A DNA stretch of 64,000 nt from positions 32,889-96,888 of the forward strand of contig JAUCBJ010000097.1 of the NCBI GenBank assembly GCA_032718475.1, given 5' to 3'. Below, one piece after another: positions 36,629 to 50,100 of the stretch. Numbering within the stretch: the stretch's first letter is position 1; every line of letters begins with the position of its first letter. This DNA is from Nemertoderma westbladi (taxonomy: Eukaryota > Animalia > Xenacoelomorpha). The notes beneath the pieces are model-generated. The model was not told the DNA's origin. It saw only the letters and a program-made list of their open reading frames with translations, and searched no databases. The translations under genes were made by a program, and so were the position numbers.

Positions 36629-37800
36629 TGTAAAAGCTTTTGTGGGATAACTGATTCGTTTGCCTTGCTAACCAGTTCCCCCCAGTCGCTAGAATACTCT
36701 AAAAAGGGATCTATAACTCGAATAGCACAAGCTACCGGCTGATTGGCTGATTCGCTGTGCGAAGGGATCTGGGCTACGTTTGATTGTCCAACCAGCTTGG
36801 GAAAGTATCTGCCTATAGGATTTGAGTTGATTTTGATTTCGACCTATCACAGATCTACTGAACTGAATTTTCCTATCTTTATGCTCTTTCTCTGTGTTGG
36901 GTGGAAGCCTTTGTAAATAAGGTTATTCTTATCAGTTTTCAGTGTTGTTGGTCTTTCTTTCCTAAGCCAGGAGAGAACGGCTTGTAAATATTTTGTGCTT
37001 TTCTGTTTTAGTCTAACACTAGTAGGCTTAATTATAAAGGGCATATATCCGTTATCAAACTGATGCACAACACTTAATATCAAACTAATGAACTTAACGC
37101 ACACTGAATTACTGTGCATACTTTTATATTGTTATACTGCTATTTACTGTCAGTTCTTCATAATATGGTTGATGAATTATTATATTTGGAATAACGATAA
37201 ATAACCCCGAAACCCAATATTCTTGATATACCGAAGGTAAGAGAGAAAGGTTACATATAACGATTGTGACTTATGTTAAAGTGGTTTGAAGTGAATCTAA
37301 TGTTATTTGATAGACCCTACATGAGTCGGTCCGTGTTCCTTTTATATATAACTAAAATCAGTGAAGATCGGCAGATCAGTGTGCAGTATTGTGCAGCATC
37401 GTGTATGAGTGATACTGATAACGAAGCATTTCCTAAAGAATGCGCCATATATGTGAATTATAACTAAGCCATATCGTTGTGAGTAGTTTAAGTCATAACT
37501 CTGTTTATATAGATAGAGCGCCACGTCCTAAAGGAACTGTTAATATTCCCCGAAGGTGAATAATATTGTCAGAGATTATATAATACTGTCAGTCGAATAA
37601 TACATTAGGCTTACATAGCAATAAAATTTAAGCCGTCGAACCCAATCTCCCGGGTATATCCAGCGGGTGAATGATCGCGCACAGATTGGTTTCGACTAGT
37701 GTAGTGAATTAAATACTTGTCATAGACTAAAGGTGATTTATTATCTAGAAGACATCCTAATTTGGCGGGTTAAACTGCCAAAGGTCTAAAAGCGCGAACA
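36629..37800 (+). repeat. 3' LTR of BEL element
   Basis: Copy of 11811-12982 followed by TSD CTTAT. Confidence 0.97.
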
Positions 37801-38046
37801 CTTATTATTTAACAACAATTAATTTTATTCCTAGAGATATAACTACGATAATACTACGAGAATATAATAGTTACTAGTAGAAATTGTAATGCCAAGAAAA
37901 ATACAACAACGATGTATTAATTTTTTTGAAATAATATAGAAATCTAAAGAGAGTAGATCGTGAGAAGGAAAGTCAAAGGGAAATTACTCTTAACTCTATA
38001 GATTTCAACTATTTATTATTAACAATTATTTGTTTTTATTTCACAG

Positions 38047-38183
38047 AGTCATGAAAAGCTTTATAAATAAATGGAAACTTCGGAAACTAGCCAAGCATAA
38101 AGCCGAGGCCGATCTGACCCAATGGGAGGCCGATTACGATGTGGCCGATAATGAAGGACTGTTTGAAGAATATCTCGAGATGG
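38047..38183 (+). CDS. ANO: Anoctamin exon ending in the GLFEEYLEM motif
   Basis: CACAG acceptor; phase 2 completes the CC+A codon; VMKSFINKW...QWEADYDVADNEGLFEEYLEM+G; GTGAGT donor at 38184. Confidence 0.95.
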
Positions 38184-41100
38184 GTGAGTAAATATCTTGA
38201 GATGGGTGAGTAAATATCTCGAGATGGGTGAGTAAATATCTCGAGATGGGTGAGTATATATCTCGAGATGGGTGAGTAAATATCTCGAGATGGGTGAGTA
38301 AATATCTCGAGATGGGTGAGTAAATATCTCGAGATGGGTGAGTAAATTTCTCGAGATAGGTGAGTAAATATCTCGAGGGGTGAGTAAATATCTCGAGATG
38401 GGTGAGTAAATATCTCGAGATGGGTGAGTAAATATCTCGAGGGGTGAGTAAATATCTCGAGATGGGTGAGTAAATATCTCGAGATGGGTGAGTAAATATA
38501 TCGAGATGGGTGAGTAAATATCTCGAGATGGGTGAGTAAATATCTCGATATGGGTGAGTAAATATCTCGAGATGGGTGAGTAAATATCTCGAGGGGTGAG
38601 TAAATATCTCGAGGGGTGAGTAAATATCTCGAGATGGGTGAGTAAATATCTCGAGATGGGTGAGTAAATATCTCGAGATGGGTGAGTAAATATCTCGATA
38701 TGGGTGAGTAAATATCTCGAGATGGGTGAGTAAATATCTCGAGATGGGTGAGTAAATATCTCGAGATGGGTGAGTAAATATATCGAGATGGGTGAGTAAA
38801 TATCTCGAGATGGGTGAGTAAATATCTCGATATGGGTGAGTAAATATCTCGAGATGGGTGAGTAAATATCTCGAGGGGTGAGTAAATATCTCGAGGGGTG
38901 AGTAAATATCTCGAGATGGGTGAGTAAATATCTCGAGATGGGTGAGTAAATATCTCGAGATGGGTGAGTAAATATCTCGATATGGGTGAGTAAATATCTC
39001 GAGATGGGTGAGTAAATATCTCGAGGGGTGAGTAAATATCTCGAGGGGTGAGTAAATATCTCGAGATGGGTGAGTAAATATCTTGAGATGGGTGAGTAAA
39101 TATCTCGAGATGGGTGAGTAAATATCTCGAGATGGGTGAGTAAATATCTCGAGATGGGTGAGTAAATATCTTGAGATGGGTGAGTAAATATCTCGAGATG
39201 GGTGAGTAAATATCTCGAGATGGGTGAGTAAATATCTCGATATGGGTGAGTAAATATCTCGAGATGGGTGAGTAAATATCTCGAGATGGGTGAGTAAATA
39301 TCTCGAGATGGGTGAGTAAATATCTCGAGATGGGTGAGTAAATATCTCGATATGGGTGAGTAAATATCTCGAGATGGGTGAGTAAATATCTCGATCTGGG
39401 TGAGTAAATATCTCGAGATGGGTGAGTAAATATCTCGATATGGGTGAGTAAATATCTCGAGATGGGTGAGTAAATATCTCGAGATGGGTGAGTAAATATC
39501 TCGAGATGGGTGAGTAAATATCTTGAGATGGGTGAGTAAATATCTCGAGATGGGTGAGTAAATATCTCGAGATGGGTGAGTAAATATCTCGAGATGGGTG
39601 AGTAAATATCTCGAGATGGGTGAGTAAATATCTCGAGATGGGTGAGTAAATATCTCGATATGGGTGAGTAAATATCTCGATATGGGTGAGTAAATATCTC
39701 GAGATGGGTGAGTAAATATCTCGAGATGGGTGAGTAAATATCTCGATATGGGTGAGTAAATATCTCGAGATGGGTGAGTAAATATCTCGAGATGGGTGAG
39801 TAAATATCTTGAGATGGGTGAGTAAATATCTCGCTATGGGTGAGTAAATATCTCGAGATGGGTGAGTAAATATCTCGAGATGGGTGAGTAAATATCTCGA
39901 GATGGGTGAGTAAATATCTCGATATGGGTGAGTAAATATCTCGAGATGGGTGAGTAAATATCTCGAGATGGGTGAGTAAATATCTTGAGATGGGTGAGTA
40001 AATATCTCGCTATGGGTGAGTAAATATCTCGAGATGGGTGAGTAAATATCTCGAGATGGGTGAGTAAATATCTCGAGATGGGTGAGTAAATATCTCGATA
40101 TGGGTGAGTAAATATCTCGAGATGGGTGAGTAAATATCTCGAGATGGGTGAGTAAATATCTTGAGATGGGTGAGTAAATATCTCGCTATGGGTGAGTAAA
40201 TATCTCGAGATGGGTGAGTAAATATCTCGAGATGGGTGAGTAAATATCTCGAGATGGGTGAGTAAATATCTCGAGATGGGTGAGTAAATATCTCGAGATG
40301 GGTGAGTAAATATCTCGATATGGGTGAGTAAATATCTTGAGATGGGTGAGTAAATATCTCGAGATGGGTGAGTAAATATCTCGAGATGGGTGAGTAAATA
40401 TCTCGAGATGGGTGAGTAAATATCTCGAGATGGGTGAGTAAATATCTCGAGATGGGTGAGTAAATATCTCGAGATGGGTGAGTAAATATCTCGAGATGGG
40501 TGAGTAAATATCTCGAGATGGGTGAGTAAATATCTCGAGATGGGTGAGTAAATATCTCGAGATGGGTGAGTAAATATCTCGAGATGGGTGAGTAAATATC
40601 TCGAGATGGGTGAGTAAATATCTCGAGATGGGTGAGTAAATATCTCGATATGGGTGAGTAAATATCTCGAGATGGGTGAGTAAATATCTCGAGATGGGTG
40701 AGTAAATATCTCGAGATGGGTGAGTAAATATCTCGCGATGGGTGAGTAAATATCTCGAGATGGGTGAGTAAATATCTCGAGATGGGTGAGTAAATATCTC
40801 GAGATGGGTGAGTAAATATCTCGAGATGGGTGAGTAAATATCTCGAGATGGGTGAGTAAATATCTCGAGATGGGTGAGTAAATATCTCGAGATGGGTGAG
40901 TAAATATCTCGAGATGGGTGAGTAAATATCTCGAGATGGGTGAGTAAATATCTCGAGATGGGTGAGTAAATATCTCGAGATGGGTGAGTAAATATCTCGA
41001 GATGGGTGAGTAAATATCTCGAGATGGGTGAGTAAATATCTCGAGATGGGTGAGTAAATATCTCGAGATGGGTGAGTAAATATCTCGCTATGGGTGAGTA

Positions 41101-44100
41101 AATATCTCGAGATGGGTGAGTAAATATCTCGAGATGGGTGAGTAAATATCTCGAGATGGGTGAGTAAATATCTCGAGATGGGTGAGTAAATATCTCGAGA
41201 TGGGTGAGTAAATATCTCGATATGGGTGAGTAAATATCTCGAGATGGGTGAGTAAATATCTCGAGATGGGTGAGTAAATATCTCGAGATGGGTGAGTAAA
41301 TATCTCGAGATGGGTGAGTAAATATCTCGAGATGGGTGAGTAAATATCTCGATATGGGTGAGTAAATATCTCGAGATGGGTGAGTAAATATCTCGAGATG
41401 GGTGAGTAAATATCTCGAGATGGGTGAGTAAATATCTCGAGATGGGTGAGTAAATATCTCGAGATGGGTGAGTAAATATCTCGAGATGGGTGAGTAAATA
41501 TCTCGAGATGGGTGAGTAAATATCTCGAGATGGGTGAGTAAATATCTCGCTATGGGTGAGTAAATATCTCGAGATGGGTGAGTAAATATCTCGAGATGGG
41601 TGAGTAAATATCTCGAGATGGGTGAGTAAATATCTCGAGATGGGTGAGTAAATATCTCGAGATGGGTGAGTAAATATCTCGAGATGGGTGAGTAAATATC
41701 TCGAGATGGGTGAGTAAATATCTCGAGATGGGTGAGTAAATATCTCGAGATGGGTGAGTAAATATCTCGAGATGGGTGAGTAAATATCTCGAGATGGGTG
41801 AGTAAATATCTCGAGATGGGTGAGTAAATATCTCGAGATGGGTGAGTAAATATCTCGAGATGGGTGAGTAAATATCTCGAGATGGGTGAGTAAATATCTC
41901 GAGATGGGTGAGTAAATATCTCGAGATGGGTGAGTAAATATCTCGAGATGGGTGAGTAAATATCTCGAGATGGGTGAGTAAATATCTCGAGATGGGTGAG
42001 TAAATATCTCGAGATGGGTGAGTAAATATCTCGAGATGGGTGAGTAAATATCTCGAGGGGTGAGTAAATATCTCGAGATGGGTGAGTAAATATCTTGAGA
42101 TGGGTGAGTAAATATCTCGCTATGGGTGAGTAAATATCTCGAGATGGGTGAGTAAATATCTCGATATGGGTGAGTAAATATCTTGAGATGGGTGAGTAAA
42201 TATCTCGAGATGGGTGAGTAAATATCTCGAGATGGGTGAGTAAATATCTCGATATGGGTGAGTAAATATCTCGAGATGGGTGAGTAAATATCTCTGAGAT
42301 GGGTGAGTAAATATCTCGAGATGGGTGAGTAAATATCTCTGAGATGGGTGAGTAAATATCTCGAGATGGGTGAGTAAATATCTCGAGATGGGTGAGTAAA
42401 TATCTCGATATGGGTGAGTAAATATCTCGAGATGGGTGAGTAAATATCTCGATATGGGTGAGTAAATATCTCGATATGGGTGAGTAAATATCTCGAGATG
42501 GGTGAGTAAATATCTCGAGATGGGTGAGTAAATATCTCGAGATGGGTGAGTAAATATCTCGAGATGGGTGAGTAAATATCTCGAGATGGGTGAGTAAATA
42601 TCTCGAGATGGGTGAGTAAATATCTCGAGATGGGTGAGTAAATATCTCGAGATGGGTGAGTAAATATCTCGAGATGGGTGAGTAAATATCTCGAGATGGG
42701 TGAGTAAATATCTCGCTATGGGTGAGAAAATATCTCGAGATGGGTGAGTAAATATCTCGAGATGGGTGAGTAAATATCTCGAGATGGGTGAGTAAATATC
42801 TTGAGATGGGTGAGTAAATATCTCGCTATGGGTGAGTAAATATCTCGAGATGGGTGAGTAAATATCTCGATATGGGTGAGTAAATATCTTGAGATGGGTG
42901 AGTAAATATCTCGAGATGGGTGAGTAAATATCTCGAGATGGGTGAGTAAATATCTCGATATAGGTGAGTAAATATCTCGAGATGGGTGAGTAAATATCTC
43001 TGAGATGGGTGAGTAAATATCTCGAGATGGGTGAGTAAATATCTCTGAGATGGGTGAGTAAATATCTCGAGATGGGTGAGTAAATATCTTGAGATGGGTG
43101 AGTAAATATCTCGATATGGGTGAGTAAATATCTCGAGATGGGTGAGTAAATATCTCGATATGGGTGAGTAAATATCTCGATATGGGTGAGTAAATATCTT
43201 GAGATGGGTGAGTAAATATCTCGAGATGGGTGAGTAAATATCTTGAGATGGGTGAGTAAATATCTCGAGATGGGTGAGTAAATATCTTGAGATGGGTGAG
43301 TAAATATCTTGAGATGGGTGAGTAAATATCTTGAGATGGGTGAGTAAATATCTCGAGATGGGTGAGTAAATATCTCGAGATGGGTGAGTAAATATCTCGA
43401 TATAGGTGAGTAAATATCTTGAGATGGGTGAGTAAATATCTCGAGGGGTGAGTAAATATCTCGATATGGGTGAGTAAATATCTCGATATGGGTGAGTAAA
43501 TATCTCGAGATGGGTGAGTAAATATCTCGAGATGGGTGAGTAAATATCTCGAGATGGGTGAGTAAATATCTCGAGATGGGTGAGTAAATATCTCGAGATG
43601 GGTGAGTAAATATCTCGAGATGGGTGAGTAAATATCTCGAGATGGGTGAGTAAATATCTCGAGATGGGTGAGTAAATATCTCGAGATGGGTGAGTAAATA
43701 TCTCGAGATGGGTGAGTAAATATCTCGAGATGGGTGAGTAAATATCTCGAGATGGGTGAGTAAATATCTCGAGATGGGTGAGTAAATATCTCGAGATGGG
43801 TGAGTAAATATCTCGAGATGGTGAGTAAATATCTCGAGATGGGTGAGTAAATATCTCGAGATGGGTGAGTAAATATCTCGAGATGGGTGAGTAAATATCT
43901 CGATATGGGTGAGTAAATATCTCGAGATGGGTGAGTAAATATCTCGAGATGGGTGAGTAAATATCTCGATATGGGTGAGTAAATATCTCGAAATGGGTGA
44001 GTAAATATCTCGAGATGGGTGAGTAAATATCTCGATATGGGTGAGTAAATATCTCGAGATGGGTGAGTAAATATCTCGAGATGGGTGAGTAAATATCTCG

Positions 44101-47100
44101 ATATGGGTGAGTAAATATCTCGAAATGGGTGAGTAAATATCTCGAGATGGGTGAGTAAATATCTCGAGATGGGTGAGTAAATATCTCTGATGGGTGAGTA
44201 AATATCTCGAGATGGGTGAGTAAATATCTTGAGATGGGTGAGTAAATATCTCGAGATGGGTGAGTAAATATCTCGAGATGGGTGAGTAAATATCTCGAAA
44301 TGGGTGAGTAAATATCTCGAGATGGGTGAGTAAATATCTCGAGATGGGTGAGTAAATATCTCGATGGGTGAGTAAATATCTCGAGATGGGTGAGTAAATA
44401 TCTTGAGATGGGTGAGTAAATATCTCGAGATGGGTGAGTAAATATCTCGAGATGGGTGAGTAAATATCTCGAGATGGGTGAGTAAATATCTCGAGATGGG
44501 TGAGTAAATATCTCGAGATGGGTGAGTAAATATCTCGAGATGGGTGAGTAAATATCTCGAGATGGGTAGAGTAAATATCTCGAGATGGGTGAGTAAATAT
44601 CTCGAGATGGGTGAGTAAATATCTCGAGATGGGTGAGTAAATATCTCGAGATGGGTGAGTAAATATCTCGAGATGGGTGAGTAAATATCTCGAGATGGGT
44701 GAGTAAATATCTCGAGATGGGTGAGTAAATATCTCGAGATGGGTGAGTAAATATCTCGAGATGGGTGAGTAAATATCTCGAGATGGGTGAGTAAATATCT
44801 CGAGATGGGTGAGTAAATATCTCGAGATGGGTGAGTAAATATCTCGAGATGGGTGAGTAAATATCTCGAGATGGGTGAGTAAATATCTCGAGATGGGTGA
44901 GTAAATATCTCGAGATGGGTGAGTAAATATCTCGAGATGGGTGAGTAAATATCTCGAGATGGGTGAGTAAATATCTCGCTATGGGTGAGTAAATATCTCG
45001 AGATGGGTGAGTAAATATCTCGAGATGGGTGAGTAAATATCTCGAGATGGGTGAGTAAATATCTCGAGATGGGTGAGTAAATATCTCGCGATGGGTGAGT
45101 AAATATCTCGAGATGGGTGAGTAAATATCTCGAGATGGGTGAGTAAATATCTCGAGATGGGTGAGTAAATATCTCGAGATGGGTGAGTAAATATCTCGAG
45201 ATGGGTGAGTAAATATCTCGATATGGGTGAGTAAATATCTCGAGATGGGTGAGTAAATATCTCTGAGATGGGTGAGTAAATATCTCGAGATGGGTGAGTA
45301 AATATCTCTGAGATGGGTGAGTAAATATCTCGAGATGGGTGAGTAAATATCTCGAGATGGGTGAGTAAATATCTCGAGATGGGTGAGTAAATATCTCGAG
45401 ATGGGTGAGTAAATATCTCGAGATGGGTGAGTAAATATCTCGATATGGGTGAGTAAATATCTCGAGATGGGTGAGTAAATATCTCGAGATGGGTGAGTAA
45501 ATATCTCGAGATGGGTGAGTAAATATCTCGAGATGGGTGAGTAAATATCTCGAGATGGGTGAGTAAATATCTCGAGATGGGTGAGTAAATATCTCGAGAT
45601 GGGTGAGTAAATATCTCGAGATGGGTGAGTAAATATCTCGAGATGGGTGAGTAAATATCTCGATATGGGTGAGTAAATATCTCGAGATGGGTGAGTAAAT
45701 ATCTCGAGTGGGTGAGTAAATATCTCGATATGGGTGAGTAAATATCTCGATATGGGTGAGTAAATATCTCGAGATGGGTGAGTAAATATCTCGAGATGGG
45801 TGAGTAAATATCTCGAGATGGGTGAGTAAATATCTCGAGATGGGTGAGTAAATATCTCGAGATGGGTGAGTAAATATCTCGAGATGGGTGAGTAAATATC
45901 TCGAGATGGGTGAGTAAATATCTCGAGATGGGTGAGTAAATATCTCGAGATGGGTGAGTAAATATCTCGAGATGGGTGAGTAAATATCTCGAGATGGGTG
46001 AGTAAATATCTCGAGATGGGTGAGTAAATATCTCGAGATGGGTGAGTAAATATCTCGAGATGGGTGAGTAAATATCTCGAGATGGGTGAGTAAATATCTC
46101 GAGATGGGTGAGTAAATATCTCGAGATGGGTGAGTAAATATCTCGAGATGGGTGAGTAAATATCTCGAGATGGGTGAGTAAATATCTCGATATGGGTGAG
46201 TAAATATCTCGAGATGGGTGAGTAAATATCTCGAGATGGGTGAGTAAATATCTCGAGATGGGTGAGTAAATATCTCGAGATGGGTGAGTAAATATCTCGA
46301 GATGGGTGAGTAAATATCTCGAGATGGGTGAGTAAATATCTCGAGATGGGTGAGTAAATATCTCGAGATGGGTGAGTAAATATCTCGAGATGGGTGAGTA
46401 AATATCTCGAGATGGGTGAGTAAATATCTCGAGATGGGTGAGTAAATATCTCGAGATGGGTGAGTAAATATCTCGAGATGGGTGAGTAAATATCTCGAGA
46501 TGGGTGAGTAAATATCTCGAGATGGGTGAGTAAATATCTCGAGATGGGTGAGTAAATATCTCGAGATGGGTGAGTAAATATCTCGAGATGGGTGAGTAAA
46601 TATCTCGAGATGGGTGAGTAAATATCTCGAGATGGGTGAGTAAATATCTCGAGATGGGTGAGTAAATATCTCGAGATGGGTGAGTAAATATCTCGAGATG
46701 GGTGAGTAAATATCTCGAGATGGGTGAGTAAATATCTCGAGATGGGTGAGTAAATATCTCGAGATGGGTGAGTAAATATCTCGAGATGGGTGAGTAAATA
46801 TCTCGAGATGGGTGAGTAAATATCTCGAGATGGGTGAGTAAATATCTCGAGATGGGTGAGTAAATATCTCGAGATGGGTGAGTAAATATCTCGAGATGGG
46901 TGAGTAAATATCTCGAGATGGGTGAGTAAATATCTCGAGATGGGTGAGTAAATATCTCGAGATGGGTGAGTAAATATCTCGAGATGGGTGAGTAAATATC
47001 TCGAGATGGGTGAGTAAATATCTCGAGATGGGTGAGTAAATATCTCGAGATGGGTGAGTAAATATCTCGAGATGGGTGAGTAAATATCTCGAGATGGGTG

Positions 47101-50100
47101 AGTAAATATCTCGAGATGGGTGAGTAAATATCTCGAGATGGGTGAGTAAATATCTCGAGATGGGTGAGTAAATATCTCGAGATGGGTGAGTAAATATCTC
47201 GAGATGGGTGAGTAAATATCTCGAGATGGGTGAGTAAATATCTCGAGATGGGTGAGTAAATATCTCGAGATGGGTGAGTAAATATCTCGAGATGGGTGAG
47301 TAAATATCTCGAGATGGGTGAGTAAATATCTCGAGATGGGTGAGTAAATATCTCGAGATGGGTGAGTAAATATCTCGAGATGGGTGAGTAAATATCTCGA
47401 GATGGGTGAGTAAATATCTCGAGATGGGTGAGTAAATATCTCGAGATGGGTGAGTAAATATCTCGAGATGGGTGAGTAAATATCTCGAGATGGGTGAGTA
47501 AATATCTCGAGATGGGTGAGTAAATATCTCGAGATGGGTGAGTAAATATCTCGAGATGGGTGAGTAAATATCTCGAGATGGGTGAGTAAATATCTCGAGA
47601 TGGGTGAGTAAATATCTCGAGATGGGTGAGTAAATATCTCGAGATGGGTGAGTAAATATCTCGAGATGGGTGAGTAAATATCTCGAGATGGGTGAGTAAA
47701 TATCTCGAGATGGGTGAGTAAATATCTCGAGATGGGTGAGTAAATATCTCGAGATGGGTGAGTAAATATCTCGAGATGGGTGAGTAAATATCTCGAGATG
47801 GGTGAGTAAATATCTCGAGATGGGTGAGTAAATATCTCGAGATGGGTGAGTAAATATCTCGAGATGGGTGAGTAAATATCTCGAGATGGGTGAGTAAATA
47901 TCTCGAGTGGGTGAGTAAATATCTCGAGATGGGTGAGTAAATATCTCGAGATGGGTGAGTAAATATCTCGAGATGGGTGAGTAAATATCTCGAGATGGGT
48001 GAGTAAATATCTCGAGATGGGTGAGTAAATATCTCGAGATGGGTGAGTAAATATCTCGAGATGGGTGAGTAAATATCTCGAGATGGGTGAGTAAATATCT
48101 CGAGATGGGTGAGTAAATATCTCGAGATGGGTGAGTAAATATCTCGAGATGGGTGAGTAAATATCTCGAGATGGGTGAGTAAATATCTCGAGATGGGTGA
48201 GTAAATATCTCGAGATGGGTGAGTAAATATCTCGAGATGGGTGAGTAAATATCTCGAGATGGGTGAGTAAATATCTCGAGATGGGTGAGTAAATATCTCG
48301 AGATGGGTGAGTAAATATCTCGAGATGGGTGAGTAAATATCTCGAGATGGGTGAGTAAATATCTCGAGATGGGTGAGTAAATATCTCGAGATGGGTGAGT
48401 AAATATCTCGATATGGGTGAGTAAATATCTCGAGATGGGTGAGTAAATATCTCGAGATGGGTGAGTAAATATCTCGAGATGGGTGAGTAAATATCTCGAG
48501 ATGGGTGAGTAAATATCTCGAGATGGGTGAGTAAATATCTCGAGATGGGTGAGTAAATATCTCGAGATGGGTGAGTAAATATCTCGAGATGGGTGAGTAA
48601 ATATCTCGAGATGGGTGAGTAAATATCTCGAGATGGGTGAGTAAATATCTCGAGATGGGTGAGTAAATATCTCGAGATGGGTGAGTAAATATCTCGAGAT
48701 GGGTGAGTAAATATCTCGAGATGGGTGAGTAAATATCTCGAGATGGGTGAGTAAATATCTCGAGATGGGTGAGTAAATATCTCGAGATGGGTGAGTAAAT
48801 ATCTCGAGATGGGTGAGTAAATATCTCGAGATGGGTGAGTAAATATCTCGAGATGGGTGAGTAAATATCTCGAGATGGGTGAGTAAATATCTCGAGATGG
48901 GTGAGTAAATATCTCGAGATGGGTGAGTAAATATCTCGAGATGGGTGAGTAAATATCTCGAGATGGGTGAGTAAATATCTCGAGATGGGTGAGTAAATAT
49001 CTCGAGATGGGTGAGTAAATATCTCGAGATGGGTGAGTAAATATCTCGAGATGGGTGAGTAAATATCTCGAGATGGGTGAGTAAATATCTCGAGATGGGT
49101 GAGTAAATATCTCGAGATGGGTGAGTAAATATCTCGAGATGGGTGAGTAAATATCTCGAGATGGGTGAGTAAATATCTCGAGATGGGTGAGTAAATATCT
49201 CGAGATGGGTGAGTAAATATCTCGAGATGGGTGAGTAAATATCTCGAGATGGGTGAGTAAATATCTCGAGATGGGTGAGTAAATATCTCGATATGGGTGA
49301 GTAAATATCTCGAGATGGGTGAGTAAATATCTCGAGATGGGTGAGTAAATATCTCGAGATGGGTGAGTAAATATCTCGAGATGGGTGAGTAAATATCTCG
49401 AGATGGGTGAGTAAATATCTCGAGATGGGTGAGTAAATATCTCGAGATGGGTGAGTAAATATCTCGAGATGGGTGAGTAAATATCTCGAGATGGGTGAGT
49501 AAATATCTCGAGATGGGTGAGTAAATATCTCGAGATGGGTGAGTAAATATCTCGAGATGGGTGAGTAAATATCTCGAGATGGGTGAGTAAATATCTCGAG
49601 ATGGGTGAGTAAATATCTCGAGATGGGTGAGTAAATATCTCGAGATGGGTGAGTAAATATCTCGAGATGGGTGAGTAAATATCTCGAGATGGGTGAGTAA
49701 ATATCTCGAGATGGGTGAGTAAATATCTCGAGATGGGTGAGTAAATATCTCGAGATGGGTGAGTAAATATCTCGAGATGGGTGAGTAAATATCTCGAGAT
49801 GGGTGAGTAAATATCTCGAGATGGGTGAGTAAATATCTCGAGATGGGTGAGTAAATATCTCGAGATGGGTGAGTAAATATCTCGAGATGGGTGAGTAAAT
49901 ATCTCGAGATGGGTGAGTAAATATCTCGAGATGGGTGAGTAAATATCTCGAGATGGGTGAGTAAATATCTCGAGATGGGTGAGTAAATATCTCGAGATGG
50001 GTGAGTAAATATCTCGAGATGGGTGAGTAAATATCTCGAGATGGGTGAGTAAATATCTCGAGATGGGTGAGTAAATATCTCGAGATGGGTGAGTAAATAT

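Larger units (their letters stand above)
11811..37800 (+). mobile_element. Giant BEL/Pao LTR retrotransposon (full length, with nested Gypsy)
   Basis: TG...CA LTRs of 1172 bp; TSD CTTAT at 11806-11810 and 37801-37805; BEL-type gag-PR-RT-RH-IN. Confidence 0.96.
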
